A DNA stretch of 64,000 nt from an uncultured Actinomycetota bacterium (GTDB lineage Bacteria; Actinomycetota; Actinomycetes; Propionibacteriales; Nocardioidaceae): assembly GCA_963769445.1 (NCBI GenBank), contig CAVYLO010000001.1, forward strand, positions 47,545 through 111,544, written 5' to 3'. Numbering within the stretch: position 1 is the stretch's first letter; every line of letters starts with the position of its first letter. The translations under genes were made by a program, and so were the position numbers. Positions 63,521-64,000 of this stretch are shown piece after piece. The notes below the pieces were generated by a model. The model ran no database searches. It saw nothing but the letters and a program-made list of their open reading frames with translations, and was not told where the DNA came from.

Positions 63521-64000
63521 CCGACGCTCCCGACCGCAGGTCGACGACCGACGACGTGTTCGTGCGACTGCGGCAGCAGATCCTCGCAGGTGAGCTCGGT
63601 CCGGGCAGTCGTCATTCGGTCTACCGGCTGTCCGACGAGCTCGGCGTGTCGCGCACGCCGGTGCGTGAGGCGGTGCTGCGACTGGCCGATCTGGGCCTGG
63701 TGACGATCGAGCGCAATCGCGGCATCACGATCCGCGGGGTCCGCGCCGAAGACGTCCGCGACGTGTTCGAGCTGCGATTGATGTTGGAGGTCCCGGCCGC
63801 CGCTGGAGCTGCCGAGGCCGCCGACGACGTCCTGGTGGATCGGCTCAGGTCGGCACTGGAGGCCATGCGGGCGGCAGCGCGAACCGGTGACGAGGTGGCG
63901 TTCACCCGGCACGATCGCGCCCTGCACGCCGCGCTGGGGGAGGCGCTCGGCAACGTGCTCCTGTCCCGCGAGGTCGATCGCCTGCGCGACTCCATCCAGG
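63517..64000 (+). CDS. GntR (FadR/FCD-type) transcriptional regulator, 3' truncated by window edge
   Basis: Read by hand: LRQQILAGELGPG..LSDELGVSRTPVREAVLRL..GLV, then DVFELRLMLE and HDRALH; GTGA overlap with the HOT gene. Confidence 0.9.
   Translation, partial: MTDAPDRRSTTDDVFVRLRQQILAGELGPGSRHSVYRLSDELGVSRTPVREAVLRLADLGLVTIERNRGITIRGVRAEDVRDVFELRLMLEVPAAAGAAEAADDVLVDRLRSALEAMRAAARTGDEVAFTRHDRALHAALGEALGNVLLSREVDRLRDSIQ

Overview
High-GC actinobacterial chromosome segment. Gene content and order suggest Nocardioidaceae (Aeromicrobium/Nocardioides-like); this is inference. The core backbone is nuoG(part)-HIJKLMN, a polyprenyl synthase, rarD, yajQ, tRNA-Tyr/Thr/Met/Trp, rpmG, murB, secE-nusG-rplKA, the L10 leader with rplJL, a complete mce lipid-import locus, and rpoBC. 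About 20 kb of accessory genes lie between tRNA-Tyr and tRNA-Thr: egtBD, an ABC exporter, gabT, pyrD and a 13-gene catabolic cluster (14722-27938). The cluster encodes a glutamine-synthetase-like gamma-glutamyl ligase, a P450 with ferredoxin and reductase, two gamma-glutamyl-hydrolase-type GATases, a group II PLP decarboxylase, HpaD/HpaE/HpaG-like meta-cleavage enzymes, an MppR-like acetoacetate-decarboxylase-fold protein, an SSADH-like dehydrogenase and a MarR regulator. Four copies of a 20-bp palindrome (consensus ATCGTTTGG-N2-CCAAACGAT) sit at its promoters. The lead hypothesis is a protect-the-amine-then-cleave-the-ring route for tyramine/dopamine-type arylethylamines. It would yield pyruvate plus gamma-glutamyl-4-aminobutanal and drain into the PuuD/GabT/GabD GABA route. 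Other observations: a 92-bp near-perfect palindrome, an inverted 3+3 array of 21-bp repeats partly read as a protein tail, a structured mce leader, and nine single-base indels in seven genes (including nusG and murB) that look like sequencing errors.
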